Origin: a virus
Strand: one strand, 5' to 3'
IMG/VR virus record: IMGVR_UViG_3300028920_000052
Location: 1 to 64,000 of that record
Length of the DNA stretch: 64,000 bases
Shown: positions 41,703-51,055 of the stretch, in pieces
Layout of the letters: each line of letters begins with the position of its first letter
Position numbering within the stretch: position 1 is the first letter of the stretch
Program-made: the position numbers and the translations under genes
The notes under the pieces: generated by a model
Told to the model about the DNA's origin: nothing
What the model saw: only the letters and a program-made list of their open reading frames with translations
Database searches by the model: none

Positions 41703-41718
41703 ATATTTAGTTTATGGT

Positions 41719-42204
41719 TTATTTACGTGCTGCAAATTCAGTATTTGCTTCTGTTTTTGAAGCAACTGGCTCCCTATCCATACCAAGTTTTACATCTTCT
41801 TCTACTGAACTTTCAGGAAGAACTAAAGTATTCCTATAAACAGGAGCACCTTCAAATGTAATAGTTTCATTAGTACTAGGGTTAATTTTTGGGCTATGTC
41901 CTTCGTAAGCTGGTTCAAAAGATTCTTTAATAACCAATTTAACAGGAAACATTTTCACTGAAAAATCCATTCCTTCTTTTAGTCCATAAGTTTCAACATC
42001 TTTTACAAGATCTTCAACTTTACCTACATACCTACCTACTCTTTTTTCTTCTTGCCTAAATCCGCCATCATTGATAGATAGAGTATTACTACGTAACATA
42101 ATAAATCCAAATTCAGGATTATTAGCATTTACAGTAATAATAGGATACTTCTCATGTGGAGTTGAGTTGTTGTAATTTTCGGGTTTTGAAATAATTGCTT
42201 TCAT
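41719..42204 (-). CDS. Hypothetical crAss-like protein
   Basis: ORF from MKAIISK, containing PKINP...GAPVYR; followed by a terminator. Confidence 0.65.
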   Translation of the reverse strand: MKAIISKPENYNNSTPHEKYPIITVNANNPEFGFIMLRSNTLSINDGGFRQEEKRVGRYVGKVEDLVKDVETYGLKEGMDFSVKMFPVKLVIKESFEPAYEGHSPKINPSTNETITFEGAPVYRNTLVLPESSVEEDVKLGMDREPVASKTEANTEFAARK

Positions 42205-42345
42205 TTTTGTAAGAGTTTTGATTAGTAATTTATTTAATTTTGTAAAGTTTTGTTGAAGTTTTGTCAGAGTATTCAACTTTCCTCTGTCATTTCTATCTCA
42301 GTATTATATTTACTGCAAGAGTAGAATATGAATTAGTATTTTTAA

Positions 42346-43056
42346 TTATTCTTTAATCCAACTTATAAATGTTGGAAGATATGTATCTAATTTTAAATCT
42401 TTGATAATCTTTGCTCTACATTTATATTTTTCTATAAAAGCTGCTTCATTAAATTCTTTATAAGCCATAACATTATGAAGAGCTTCTAATATTCTAGATG
42501 TAACAATTTCGTATTTATCTAATTTAGAAGCAAGTTTTAAAGTCTCTTTTGTTTCTTCTAAAAGATTTATTCTAAAATTACCATCTTTTACTATATATAA
42601 AGTATTTTTATTACTACTTCTAGAATGTAGCAATCTACATATAGTATCTATAGTGTATCTTGTTCTACTTTTAACAGATACTGCTTGTACATAATCTGCA
42701 TAACCCAACATAGCATACGCTTTAACATAGTCCATTGTAGCCCATCTTTTTTGAGTACTATTCAAAGTAGAAACAAAATTAACTAATTTTGGCACAGATT
42801 TGAATTTTAAATCCAATACATTTGCGTAAAAAGGAATATCCATAGATAATGCAGTAGCCATTCTATGTTGACCGTCTACGACATAACTTTCTTTTTCTCC
42901 AGTTATTATGTCGGTTTGAATAACTAAAATAGGATGAATAAATCCATATTTATGCATACTTTCTTGTAAGACTTTTCTTACATGGAATTCTCTGTTAAAA
43001 GGTAAAACTTTTAAATCTTTCCCAGTTGTGTACTTTACTAATTTTATGTTTTTCAA
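42346..43056 (-). CDS. ParB/Srx-like N-terminal domain protein
   Basis: GFIHPILV, VVDGQHR and LN...W motifs. Confidence 0.75.
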   Translation of the reverse strand: MKNIKLVKYTTGKDLKVLPFNREFHVRKVLQESMHKYGFIHPILVIQTDIITGEKESYVVDGQHRMATALSMDIPFYANVLDLKFKSVPKLVNFVSTLNSTQKRWATMDYVKAYAMLGYADYVQAVSVKSRTRYTIDTICRLLHSRSSNKNTLYIVKDGNFRINLLEETKETLKLASKLDKYEIVTSRILEALHNVMAYKEFNEAAFIEKYKCRAKIIKDLKLDTYLPTFISWIKE

Positions 43057-43177
43057 ATTTTATTATTATTAAAAGTTTAAAAAGAAATCCTCTGAGGCTT
43101 TATATAATTGAATTGTCGCTCGCTACTAAAAACACTCCATGATTACGCTTCATGTAACGGCTCAGAGGATTTCATGT

Positions 43178-44436
43178 CTAACCTAACCTTTCCATTTGTT
43201 CTCTCATCTCTTCAATATTCCAAAGAGACTCTTCTATTATTACATCATCAATATCTTTTAACGCTAAAAAGATATGATTGTCAAAATTTTCATCAGGTAT
43301 TATAGCCTGAAGAATTTGTCTTATTGTTGCTCCAGTCTCTGCATTTTGGTACTCTACTAATATGTTACCATTAACTACATCATAAGATGTAACTGCAGTA
43401 AAATCTCCCATAGTTGCTTCTATAGAAGGCTTTAGATTATGATAATAAGTCATCAGCATCTTCATTTGTTACATTATACAATTCTTTCTGATTATCTAAA
43501 AATATTTCTTCACATAACAATGGTTCTGTACCTAATATTTTTAATAATTCAGATTCATATCCTTTTGGAATTATTTCATCCAAAGTAGTAATTGCCTTGC
43601 TGTAGAATTCACACTCTAACCAAAATCTAATTGCAGATTCTACATCATCAAACTCTTTTTCCATTTGATGATAACCATGTTTAGTAATATGCTTTCTATC
43701 TTCAGGTAAATCTATATTACCATTATATACTACTACAATTTTACTCATGGTATAATTTGTTATTAAAGTAAACTTTATTAATAATATATCCAGCATCTCT
43801 AAGAGACTGTAGATGAGTTGATACTTCACTTTTATAACATACAAATGAGTGAGTAGATCTATACTCTTTTACTTTAGGAGAATGTTGAGTATATACTATT
43901 AGCCTACATTTATATTTCTCATAAGGTGTATAAAAACTACCTACTAATTTTTCCTTATGAAGTGATTTCATAAGTTTAATTTGCTTCCTTTCTTCAGGAG
44001 TTTTTTGAATTGTATTGCTCATAATTTGAGTCTTTAGTGTTAGTTAATAAATATCAAATCTCCAAGTATACTTTGAAGTATTATTTTTTCTTGTTCTTAC
44101 TGTTGTAGATTGAATATATCCAAATAAAGATTCTATTGCTCTTTCAATAGGAGTTTCAGATGTTCTTACTATTCCTTTGTAAAAGCTATCATTAAAAATA
44201 GTTAGTATATCATTATAGTATCCTGTATTTTCTCTAATTTTCATATATAGTTCAAATAGATTTGTAAACATACAACTTCTAAACTCATATAAATATTTTT
44301 TAGGGTCTAAAGCATAATGTTTTTTATAATACTTCTCTAATAATCCTATTATTGTGCCATCATTTTTGAAAGGGTGTCTTCCTTTACATAGTCTTAATAA
44401 TCTCTTTTCACGCTTATTTAAAATTATTTTGCTCAT
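43178..44436 (-). other. Four small early hypothetical ORFs (43178-43465, 43437-43844, 43741-44022, 44044-44436)
   Basis: Contiguous minus-strand ORFs. Confidence 0.55.
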
Positions 44437-44640
44437 AATTTTGAGGCTTTATTATTAGTTTAATTTGTAAAGAGAGTGTTATACCTTTTTCAGGCTCTAC
44501 AACACTCTCTCTGTCTGTTTAAAGGTTAGACTTTACCTTTTATGTTATAATATTAAAAAGACATGGTAGAGATAATTATAAAAATGAACCAGGGATTAGT
44601 TAATAATTAAGATAACTATAGTTCTACCATGTCTTATAAG

Positions 44641-44967
44641 TTATTCAATAGTAAAGTAATACTCAAAAAATTCACTATTTGGCCAACATACTATTTGATA
44701 GTCTGCTGGTGTTAAATAAAACTCTAATTCAAAAAAATCAATTCCAACATAATCAACTTTACCTGTTGTTAAATTTAGTACAGCAAGTTCACTTACTTCA
44801 AAATTAGAAATAATCTCAATTTTGTTGTTAAAAGGATAAATATGCATTAATATTAAGTCTTCTCCACTAGAATAAAGAGTAGTAGTTTCATACTCTTTAT
44901 CTACTTCTTGTTTCTCGCATGCTACAACTGTTATTAACAGGAGCATTATAAATAGTAGTTTTTTCAT
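44641..44967 (-). CDS. Putative lipoprotein
   Basis: MKKLLFIMLLLITVVA|C followed by EKQE. Confidence 0.7.
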   Translation of the reverse strand: MKKLLFIMLLLITVVACEKQEVDKEYETTTLYSSGEDLILMHIYPFNNKIEIISNFEVSELAVLNLTTGKVDYVGIDFFELEFYLTPADYQIVCWPNSEFFEYYFTIE

Positions 44968-44989
44968 TTTTTGTTGTATTTATAAATAA

Positions 44990-45214
44990 TTATCTTGTAA
45001 ATTCTGATACAAAGAACCAATTGTATTCTCTGTAATTACAAAGAAAATCAATTTTTCCCCAAGATTTATTACCTAAATCATTAGCTTTTGGAAATTTTTT
45101 ATTTTTTCCATTTAATACTTGAATAGTTTTAGTGGTACTATTCACATTTACATCATGTTTTTTGGATAAGGCTTTAAGCACTTCATCCTCTGTGTACCGT
45201 TGTTTACGTGCCAT
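44990..45214 (-). CDS. Hypothetical early protein
   Basis: 74 aa containing LGNKSWGKIDFL. Confidence 0.65.
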   Translation of the reverse strand: MARKQRYTEDEVLKALSKKHDVNVNSTTKTIQVLNGKNKKFPKANDLGNKSWGKIDFLCNYREYNWFFVSEFTR

Positions 45215-45475
45215 AATTGTAATTTTTATTATTAATAAACAAAATAAACCTCTCCTAACCTAATTTAATAGGTAACTCTCATCAAGGTTATTTCTTGAGT
45301 TTTATAAATCACCTTTCTCCTAACTAGATGCTGGTGATTATTTGAAATCCCAATTCTTAACTTCTTCTATTGGAATTAGATTACCCTGTATTAATATATA
45401 CATGATTAAATGTATTTAGCCGTTTATATTATTTCTACAGTTAAGTCTGGCTAAGGCTAGATTGTAGAAATTAAT

Positions 45476-45604
45476 TTACTTATTAATAGTCTTTTCATAT
45501 TTCTTCCATTGATATCTTTCTACAAGATAATCAACAAGAAGAAATCCAAAAACAATGCCTAGAGCTACTCCAAGCATTAAAAGTAAACCAGTAGTTTGAG
45601 ACAT
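45476..45604 (-). CDS. Small membrane peptide (42 aa, not in ORF track)
   Basis: MSQTTGLLLMLGVALGIVFGFLLVDYL... Confidence 0.5.
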   Translation of the reverse strand: MSQTTGLLLMLGVALGIVFGFLLVDYLVERYQWKKYEKTINK

Positions 45605-45627
45605 AGTTTTAATAAGAATTTAGTAAT

Positions 45628-45783
45628 TTAACTTAGATAATAAAATATACTCCAAAGAATACAAGTTGGAATATAAATAAACCAATGTACCCAATTTGAA
45701 ATATTTGTTTCAATTTGTTCAAATGCATACATTCTTATAGAAAGAATAGTAAATAATAAACAAAAGAATAATAAGATTGCCAT
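45628..45783 (-). CDS. Small two-TM peptide (51 aa, not in ORF track)
   Basis: MAILLFFCLLFTILSIR...WSIFYYLS; preceded by the CTAACCTAA leader motif. Confidence 0.5.
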   Translation of the reverse strand: MAILLFFCLLFTILSIRMYAFEQIETNISNWVHWFIYIPTCILWSIFYYLS

Positions 45784-45921
45784 AGTTTTAAGTATTAGGT
45801 TAGTAATGTTTTTTATAACTATTGCAGGTTAATCACTCCTACTGCACAATGTTTAATACTTCCTAGTTGGTTCATACATCAAATATTACCTATAAGACTA
45901 GTACTGGATTAAACTACTATA

Positions 45922-46499
45922 CTTGTATTACTACAAGCAAGGCATATTAAAACAGATAGTTGTAGCTATCACTCTTTTATGAGTTGTTATAATATGCTGC
46001 CACTACAATAATAGGAATAATTTCTGTACCTATTGATTAAATAGGCTATTATTGCTTTATACTTCTCTACCAATTATGAGGCTAATCTCAACAGCTAATA
46101 ACTGCTTTATTGGTATGAAGATATTAAATAAGTGAAATTGGTAGCTTTTTATAGTTTTTATTTAAGCCACTCTACTCTTCTGTTAGCACTGCCAATATTC
46201 ACTTATATTATCAAATAGTTTGTAATTATGTGGCTACGTCACATACCTCTTTAGACTTCCATAGGCTATATTACAAACTTCCATTACTGGTTTGATAATT
46301 TGTAAAAACTCTTTCTATCCACAATGCTAACTGTAGAATATAATTAAACGTAGGCTCATCTCTACTATGGGTTTGTACACCAAGTTTTATTATTAATTAT
46401 ATCTTACCTCAGACAACATTCTGTTAGCTTAAAATTAAATAGTAGGTGTCGCAACTGTTTTATCCTAGTATTTTTATCTGCATTCAGTAGAAAGAGTTT
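45922..46499 (-). ncRNA. Tiled array of multibranched structured RNA modules (cluster 1)
   Basis: One hairpin plus six abutting stem-closed domains in an ORF-free stretch; GUAA tetraloops on the minus strand. Confidence 0.6.
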
Positions 46500-46507
46500 A
46501 GTTAGTT

Positions 46508-46819
46508 TTAAGGTTTAAATGTATAAATGTAAGTAGTATCTGTTACTGTTTTGCTGTCTTCAATAGTATTAGTAATTACTACTTTAGGAATAACTCTGTA
46601 TTTTACTTTGTATTCAGGGGCAATATTTATGGCTGCTGTTAATATTATTGTAAATATAACAACAATTATAATTGCTGCCATTCCTACTCCTACAAAGTCA
46701 TCTTCTTTTAAACATAACAAATTAGCAATTATTCCAAAAACTGCTATTAGTCCTAAAAATACTATAAATGCTGTTATCATAATTGTAAGTTTTAATTGAT
46801 AAAATTTAAAGGTTAGCAC
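46508..46819 (-). CDS. Two-TM membrane protein
   Basis: Two long hydrophobic segments. Confidence 0.65.
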   Translation of the reverse strand: MLTFKFYQLKLTIMITAFIVFLGLIAVFGIIANLLCLKEDDFVGVGMAAIIIVVIFTIILTAAINIAPEYKVKYRVIPKVVITNTIEDSKTVTDTTYIYTFKP

Positions 46820-46893
46820 TAGTTTATAAAATAAGTTTTCACACCTTTGATGCTATCTCAGGTGGGAAACTAAATACTATTTTTGTAGTTTAA

Positions 46894-47241
46894 TTATTCA
46901 CTTTCTTTCTGTCCTTCCCGTTCTACTTTAGACACCATTCCACTACTAGTTCTAAAAACAGCATTACCACATTTTATTTTAATATCTTGTAAGTAAACTA
47001 TTTTTGTGTTCCTTGTAAAGGAAGGATCTATTGCTATTTTATTGGTTATATTAACTTTTAAAACTATACAATCAATAAATTTAAGTTTTTTGTGTATTCC
47101 TGTAAGTTTTGGATAAGAAAAGACAATATGACATTTTTTTTCTTCATGTGTTAATGCAGAACCATCTATTAATCTTACTATATCTCCTACTTTTATAGTA
47201 GGGTCAATATAATGTTTAATTGTTGCTGTAAAAGTTTCCAT
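46894..47241 (-). CDS. Hypothetical early protein
   Basis: 115 aa; CTAACCTAA leader motif upstream. Confidence 0.65.
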   Translation of the reverse strand: METFTATIKHYIDPTIKVGDIVRLIDGSALTHEEKKCHIVFSYPKLTGIHKKLKFIDCIVLKVNITNKIAIDPSFTRNTKIVYLQDIKIKCGNAVFRTSSGMVSKVEREGQKESE

Positions 47242-47315
47242 TATAATAAGTTTTTAGGTTAGTATTAGGTTAATCCACTCTGTATTTATCAGGGCTTGTG
47301 ACCTGCTATCATAAG

Positions 47316-47498
47316 ATAGGCTACATTAGATTATGTTATATATATTTGATGTGTCAAATAATAGTGATGTTGGAAAAAGGGGAAAAAGGTATAAGTGGTA
47401 ATAGAGCCACATACTTACACCTTTATTTCTCAAACATTTTCAAGCATTTTCAAACAATTTACTTGATACATCAAATACTTTTGAACAAAATGTCCTAT
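47316..47498. repeat. Long imperfect inverted repeat (about 180 bp)
   Basis: Nested arms TATTTGATGTGTCAA/TTGATACATCAAATA and AAAGGTATAAG/CTTACACCTTT. Confidence 0.65.
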
Positions 47499-47530
47499 AT
47501 ATATAAAGGTATACATTATGTTAAATAGAA

Positions 47531-47966
47531 ATAAACTCTCACAAGGTTGCACCTTGAAGATATGCACCAAAACACCTTATAGATAGCTCCGAACCCTTTA
47601 GGTATTATACTGGAGATAGTGCATTATTAGCTATAAGTTCCTGCAATTGGATGAGAGTTTATCAGAAAAATACTGTAAATTCATGGGAATCAGCTTTACT
47701 GCCTAGATTAAGACAGACCCAAGTATCCTTTATTAATATAAGCTGCGAAACCTATAAGCCCCTTTAAAGATAAAACTAGGTAAAGGCATTTTACAGTATA
47801 AGAAAGAAACACTCAAACTGTATAGTACATAAGGAAAAACATTAAAAACCCTTATAATACAACAGTAAGAGTGTTGTGAATATTTAAAAGGTACACAACT
47901 CCACTAATCCTGCGCACTACTCTATCACTATATTTCTCTGTATATAGTAGTGGAATTGCGTACCTT
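47531..47966 (-). ncRNA. Tiled array of multibranched structured RNA modules (cluster 2)
   Basis: Four abutting stem-closed domains; A-C mismatches on + become G-U pairs on -. Confidence 0.6.
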
Positions 47967-47995
47967 ATATTATGTCTAATAAAAAAAGAACTAGC

Positions 47996-48241
47996 CTAAT
48001 AGGCTAGAACTTTCAGTGGTGAGCCATCCTTGGCAGCTCTTACTTCCCCAGTTTCTGCATCTACCATATCAACTATGATAAATCCATCAGGGATTGGAAA
48101 CTCTTCCCCTTCCTTGATACCTTCAGGTAATGCAGTCTTAGGGATATAAACTGGAGTTGCACTGAATACAAATGCATTAGCCTTAATCATTACTAATGCA
48201 GATTTTTCCCCACGTAGGGAATGGAATTTAGCAAGTGCCAT
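47996..48241 (-). CDS. First gene of the early block, hypothetical
   Basis: 81 aa, higher GC, CTAACCTAA leader motif upstream. Confidence 0.7.
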   Translation of the reverse strand: MALAKFHSLRGEKSALVMIKANAFVFSATPVYIPKTALPEGIKEGEEFPIPDGFIIVDMVDAETGEVRAAKDGSPLKVLAY

Positions 48242-48520
48242 AATTTTGAGTTATTAGGTTAGACAATTTGATGGGGGCTATATCCCCCTTGCTAGAAGTT
48301 AGTGGGGGTTATTGAGTAGATACATCATATTTTCGTCAATGAAAAAAATTTAAAAAAAAATTATAAAAAAAATATTTTTTACATTTTTATTAATGATGTA
48401 TTTTTGCATCATAAAGTATGAATATTGTACTTAATGTTGAATATTTGCTACTTTAACATAAAGGATAAATTTGAGAAAAGTATTAAAATTTTTAAATTTT
48501 CTAAAATTTTTACTAAAATA

Positions 48521-48552
48521 TTTGGAATTGTCAGAAGTATTGTTTTACTTTG
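48521..48552 (+). promoter_or_regulatory. Bacteroidota sigma70-type promoter upstream of the ncRNA candidate
   Basis: TTTG-N20-TTACTTTG. Confidence 0.6.
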
Positions 48553-48558
48553 CACAAT

Positions 48559-48885
48559 ACTTCCCAAAGCTCAGGACTGTTCACGAGTTGATCCTGGTCC
48601 ACAAGCTGAGGGCATGAATACCCTCTGAGGTAGCCAAAGTAAGAGGAGAACAGGGCCAAGTAGATGCACTCTTGAAATAATAGAGAAACATAGTGTTAAG
48701 GAAGTCCTGTAGTATGAAAGATGATACATAGCAATGTGTAAAGGAGATAAAGGCTAGGGTGAGATTGAGATGCCTCTCTACAATTTAAAAGTTGGACGGG
48801 ATAACCAAGACGGCGCATTGTGAAAGTTGAAATTAAGTAGGAAGCCTGAAAACCTAGTTTTCTCAGGAAGTTTTCTATTTAAATA
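48559..48885 (+). ncRNA. Candidate structured ncRNA of about 320 nt
   Basis: Relatively GC-rich, no convincing ORF, follows a promoter. Stems CAGGACT/AGTCCTG, GAGGG/CCCTC and TACATA-GCAA-TGTGTA; terminal hairpin. Confidence 0.55.
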
Positions 48886-48970
48886 AAAGGTAATTAATCA
48901 CTTAATTCAAAACACTTATTGTTAAGTTTTAACAAAGGGAAGGAAAAGTTGTAAAATTTTTCCTTTTTTA

Positions 48971-49002
48971 TTTGGATATTATGCGTAAGTTACATATCTT
49001 TG
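48971..49002 (+). promoter_or_regulatory. Bacteroidota-type promoter
   Basis: TTTG-N20-TATCTTTG. Confidence 0.7.
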
Positions 49003-49025
49003 TTTAGAACTAAAATTAAAATGAT

Positions 49026-49445
49026 ATGAAAGATAGAAATTTAAAACATAGTGATAATTGGGCCACTCCAAGAGAATTTTTTGACAAATTAAACAAAGAA
49101 TTTAAATTTGATTTTGACCCTTGCCCTCTACACAGTACATTTGATGGGCTAAAAATTGAATGGGGTAATTCTAATTTCATCAATCCCCCATACTCAAAGA
49201 AATTAAAAGAACAGTTTGTTATAAAAGCTATTGATGAAAGTTTAAAAGGTAAATTATGTGTGATGTTACTACCAGTATCCACAAGTACAAAATTATTTCA
49301 CCAACATATTTTACCCAATGCTAAAGAGATAAGATTTGTGGAGAAAAGAATAAGATTTTTAGGAATAAATACCAAAGGGGAATACGTTACAAATAAAACA
49401 CCAATGCATGATAGTATGGTAGTTATATTCGATGGTAGAAATTAA
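49026..49445 (+). CDS. Phage DNA N6-adenine methyltransferase
   Basis: DNWATP, FDFDPC and FINPPYS motifs. Confidence 0.85.
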   Translation: MKDRNLKHSDNWATPREFFDKLNKEFKFDFDPCPLHSTFDGLKIEWGNSNFINPPYSKKLKEQFVIKAIDESLKGKLCVMLLPVSTSTKLFHQHILPNAKEIRFVEKRIRFLGINTKGEYVTNKTPMHDSMVVIFDGRN

Positions 49446-49460
49446 TTAAAACTATAATAT

Positions 49461-49670
49461 ATGACAAAGAAAAGAGTAGACATTGAACTAAAAGTAACTA
49501 CATTAGCCTGGGCAGCATCTGAATCTACTAAGTTGGGGATTAGTAGAAGGCAGTATTTAGCTAGAGTAATAGAAAGATTTTATGCAGAGGGTTTATATGG
49601 TAATCCTTCTTTAGCGCAAGCAGCTTATCCTTTAACATATGATGAAGCTTATACAAAGAATAATGGATAA
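49461..49670 (+). CDS. Small putative ribbon-helix-helix regulator
   Basis: KKRVDIEL strand followed by a LGISRRQYLARVIE helix. Confidence 0.5.
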   Translation: MTKKRVDIELKVTTLAWAASESTKLGISRRQYLARVIERFYAEGLYGNPSLAQAAYPLTYDEAYTKNNG

Positions 49671-49720
49671 TTTAAAGATAGCTTTTAAAGAAGAATTTAA
49701 ACTTTTAAAAATAGAAGAAG

Positions 49721-50080
49721 ATGACACCAGAACTAAAACTTGAAAAATTAAAAGAACTAGTAAATACTTGGGTAAACTACCTAGATTTATGGAAAAATGT
49801 AACAGTTCATACAGTTACTAAGACTGAAAAGAATAATACTACTACAGTAACAATTAGAGATGAATATGGAAGAGAAAGAGAGGGTATTCATACAGTAGTA
49901 GAAGAAGTGCCTCCAACAACTTTTGTTAGAGTAATATGGCATACTCCTAAAGGAAAATGGAAGAATATATTACACCCTAAAGGATTTGAAGCTAAAGAAT
50001 TTCCATTATCTGATATAGATAAAAGAATAGATCATTATAAATATAAACTTAGGAGTATTAAAGAAAAACTTGCACAGTAA
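49721..50080 (+). CDS. Hypothetical protein
   Basis: 119 aa ORF. Confidence 0.6.
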   Translation: MTPELKLEKLKELVNTWVNYLDLWKNVTVHTVTKTEKNNTTTVTIRDEYGREREGIHTVVEEVPPTTFVRVIWHTPKGKWKNILHPKGFEAKEFPLSDIDKRIDHYKYKLRSIKEKLAQ

Positions 50081-50100
50081 ATAAAAAGTATATATATTTG
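50069..50100 (+). promoter_or_regulatory. Bacteroidota-type promoter
   Basis: CTTG-N20-TATATTTG. Confidence 0.6.
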
Positions 50101-50122
50101 TCAAACTAAAAAATTAAATTAA

Positions 50123-50428
50123 ATGGAAAGAATTAAAGACTTGAGCAAAGTTACACTTCAGATGCATACAGTATTACTGAAGATGACAGAAAAGAAAACT
50201 AACATTATTATGCCTGAAGAAGCAGAAGAGGGCAATAAGATGAATTTTAAGCACGGTATTGTTATTGCTAAAGATGCTAGTGTAACTAAACTAGATGTTG
50301 GGGATGTAGTTTTAGAATTTCCAGGAGGAAGAGTATATGACTGGAAAGGTAATAAGTATGTTATGGTTAGAGCAGATGCTATAACTTTAGCAGTTAAGCC
50401 TGATAATATTGAATTAACAGAAGAGTAA
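50123..50428 (+). CDS. GroES-like co-chaperonin
   Basis: NIIMPE mobile loop, GIVIA, VGDVV and YVMV. Confidence 0.75.
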   Translation: MERIKDLSKVTLQMHTVLLKMTEKKTNIIMPEEAEEGNKMNFKHGIVIAKDASVTKLDVGDVVLEFPGGRVYDWKGNKYVMVRADAITLAVKPDNIELTEE

Positions 50429-50460
50429 CTTACCAATTAGTAACTTAAACATTAAAAATT

Positions 50461-51029
50461 ATGGCAGAACAAGAGCAAGCACCGAGAGTATTAACTCAAA
50501 AAGAATTAAATGAGAGAAGGAAAGAAATTAATAGACGTAAAAAAGAGATGAAAGAAGAAGTTGAACTATTAAAGTTAGAATATGACTTTATGCAACTTAA
50601 TATGATACTTCCTGAAAAGAGGTTAGAATATATGGAGTTTCTGAAAGAAAGGCAGAAAGCTATGAAACAACCTGACAAAAAGACTGAAAACCCTTTAAAA
50701 GGCTCTAAAGAAAAAGTAGATTTAAGTGTTGGCACAAAGATTGAAGAAACTTCAGAAGTTGAACTTAAAAAAGAATAGTTATGAAATATTATGTAAATGG
50801 GTATCTTGTATATTCAGATGACAGTGAATATCAGTGGGTAGATACATCAAAATATGATGTAGTAGAGAAGAAAGAAGCTAAGATTGAAAGATTGGAGCAA
50901 GAAGTTAAGGACAAAACAGAGCAGATGGATTCTTGCAGAAAATCTGCAGAGAAGTACATTAGATCAGAATTAAACTTAGATAAAGAGATTAAAGAACTTC
51001 AAAAAGATTTGAGTGAGTTAAAAGGTTGA
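50461..51029 (+). other. Two coiled-coil hypothetical ORFs (50461-50778, 50781-51029)
   Basis: Charged helical ORFs. Confidence 0.6.
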
Positions 51030-51055
51030 TAGTTGGTATGTTAGTTAGTTGAGTG

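Noticed and set aside
47298-48628. ORFs 47298-47528 (+) and 48425-48628 (+)
   Set aside because: Non-ATG starts, overlap with palindromic, promoter or ncRNA sequence, and no protein-like features.
45214-48900. tRNA, tmRNA or RNase P RNA genes in the non-coding stretches
   Set aside because: No T-loop GTTCRA in a cloverleaf context or CCA end seen. GGAAGTCC at 48700 only partly resembles the RNase P signature and lacks the 3' partner.
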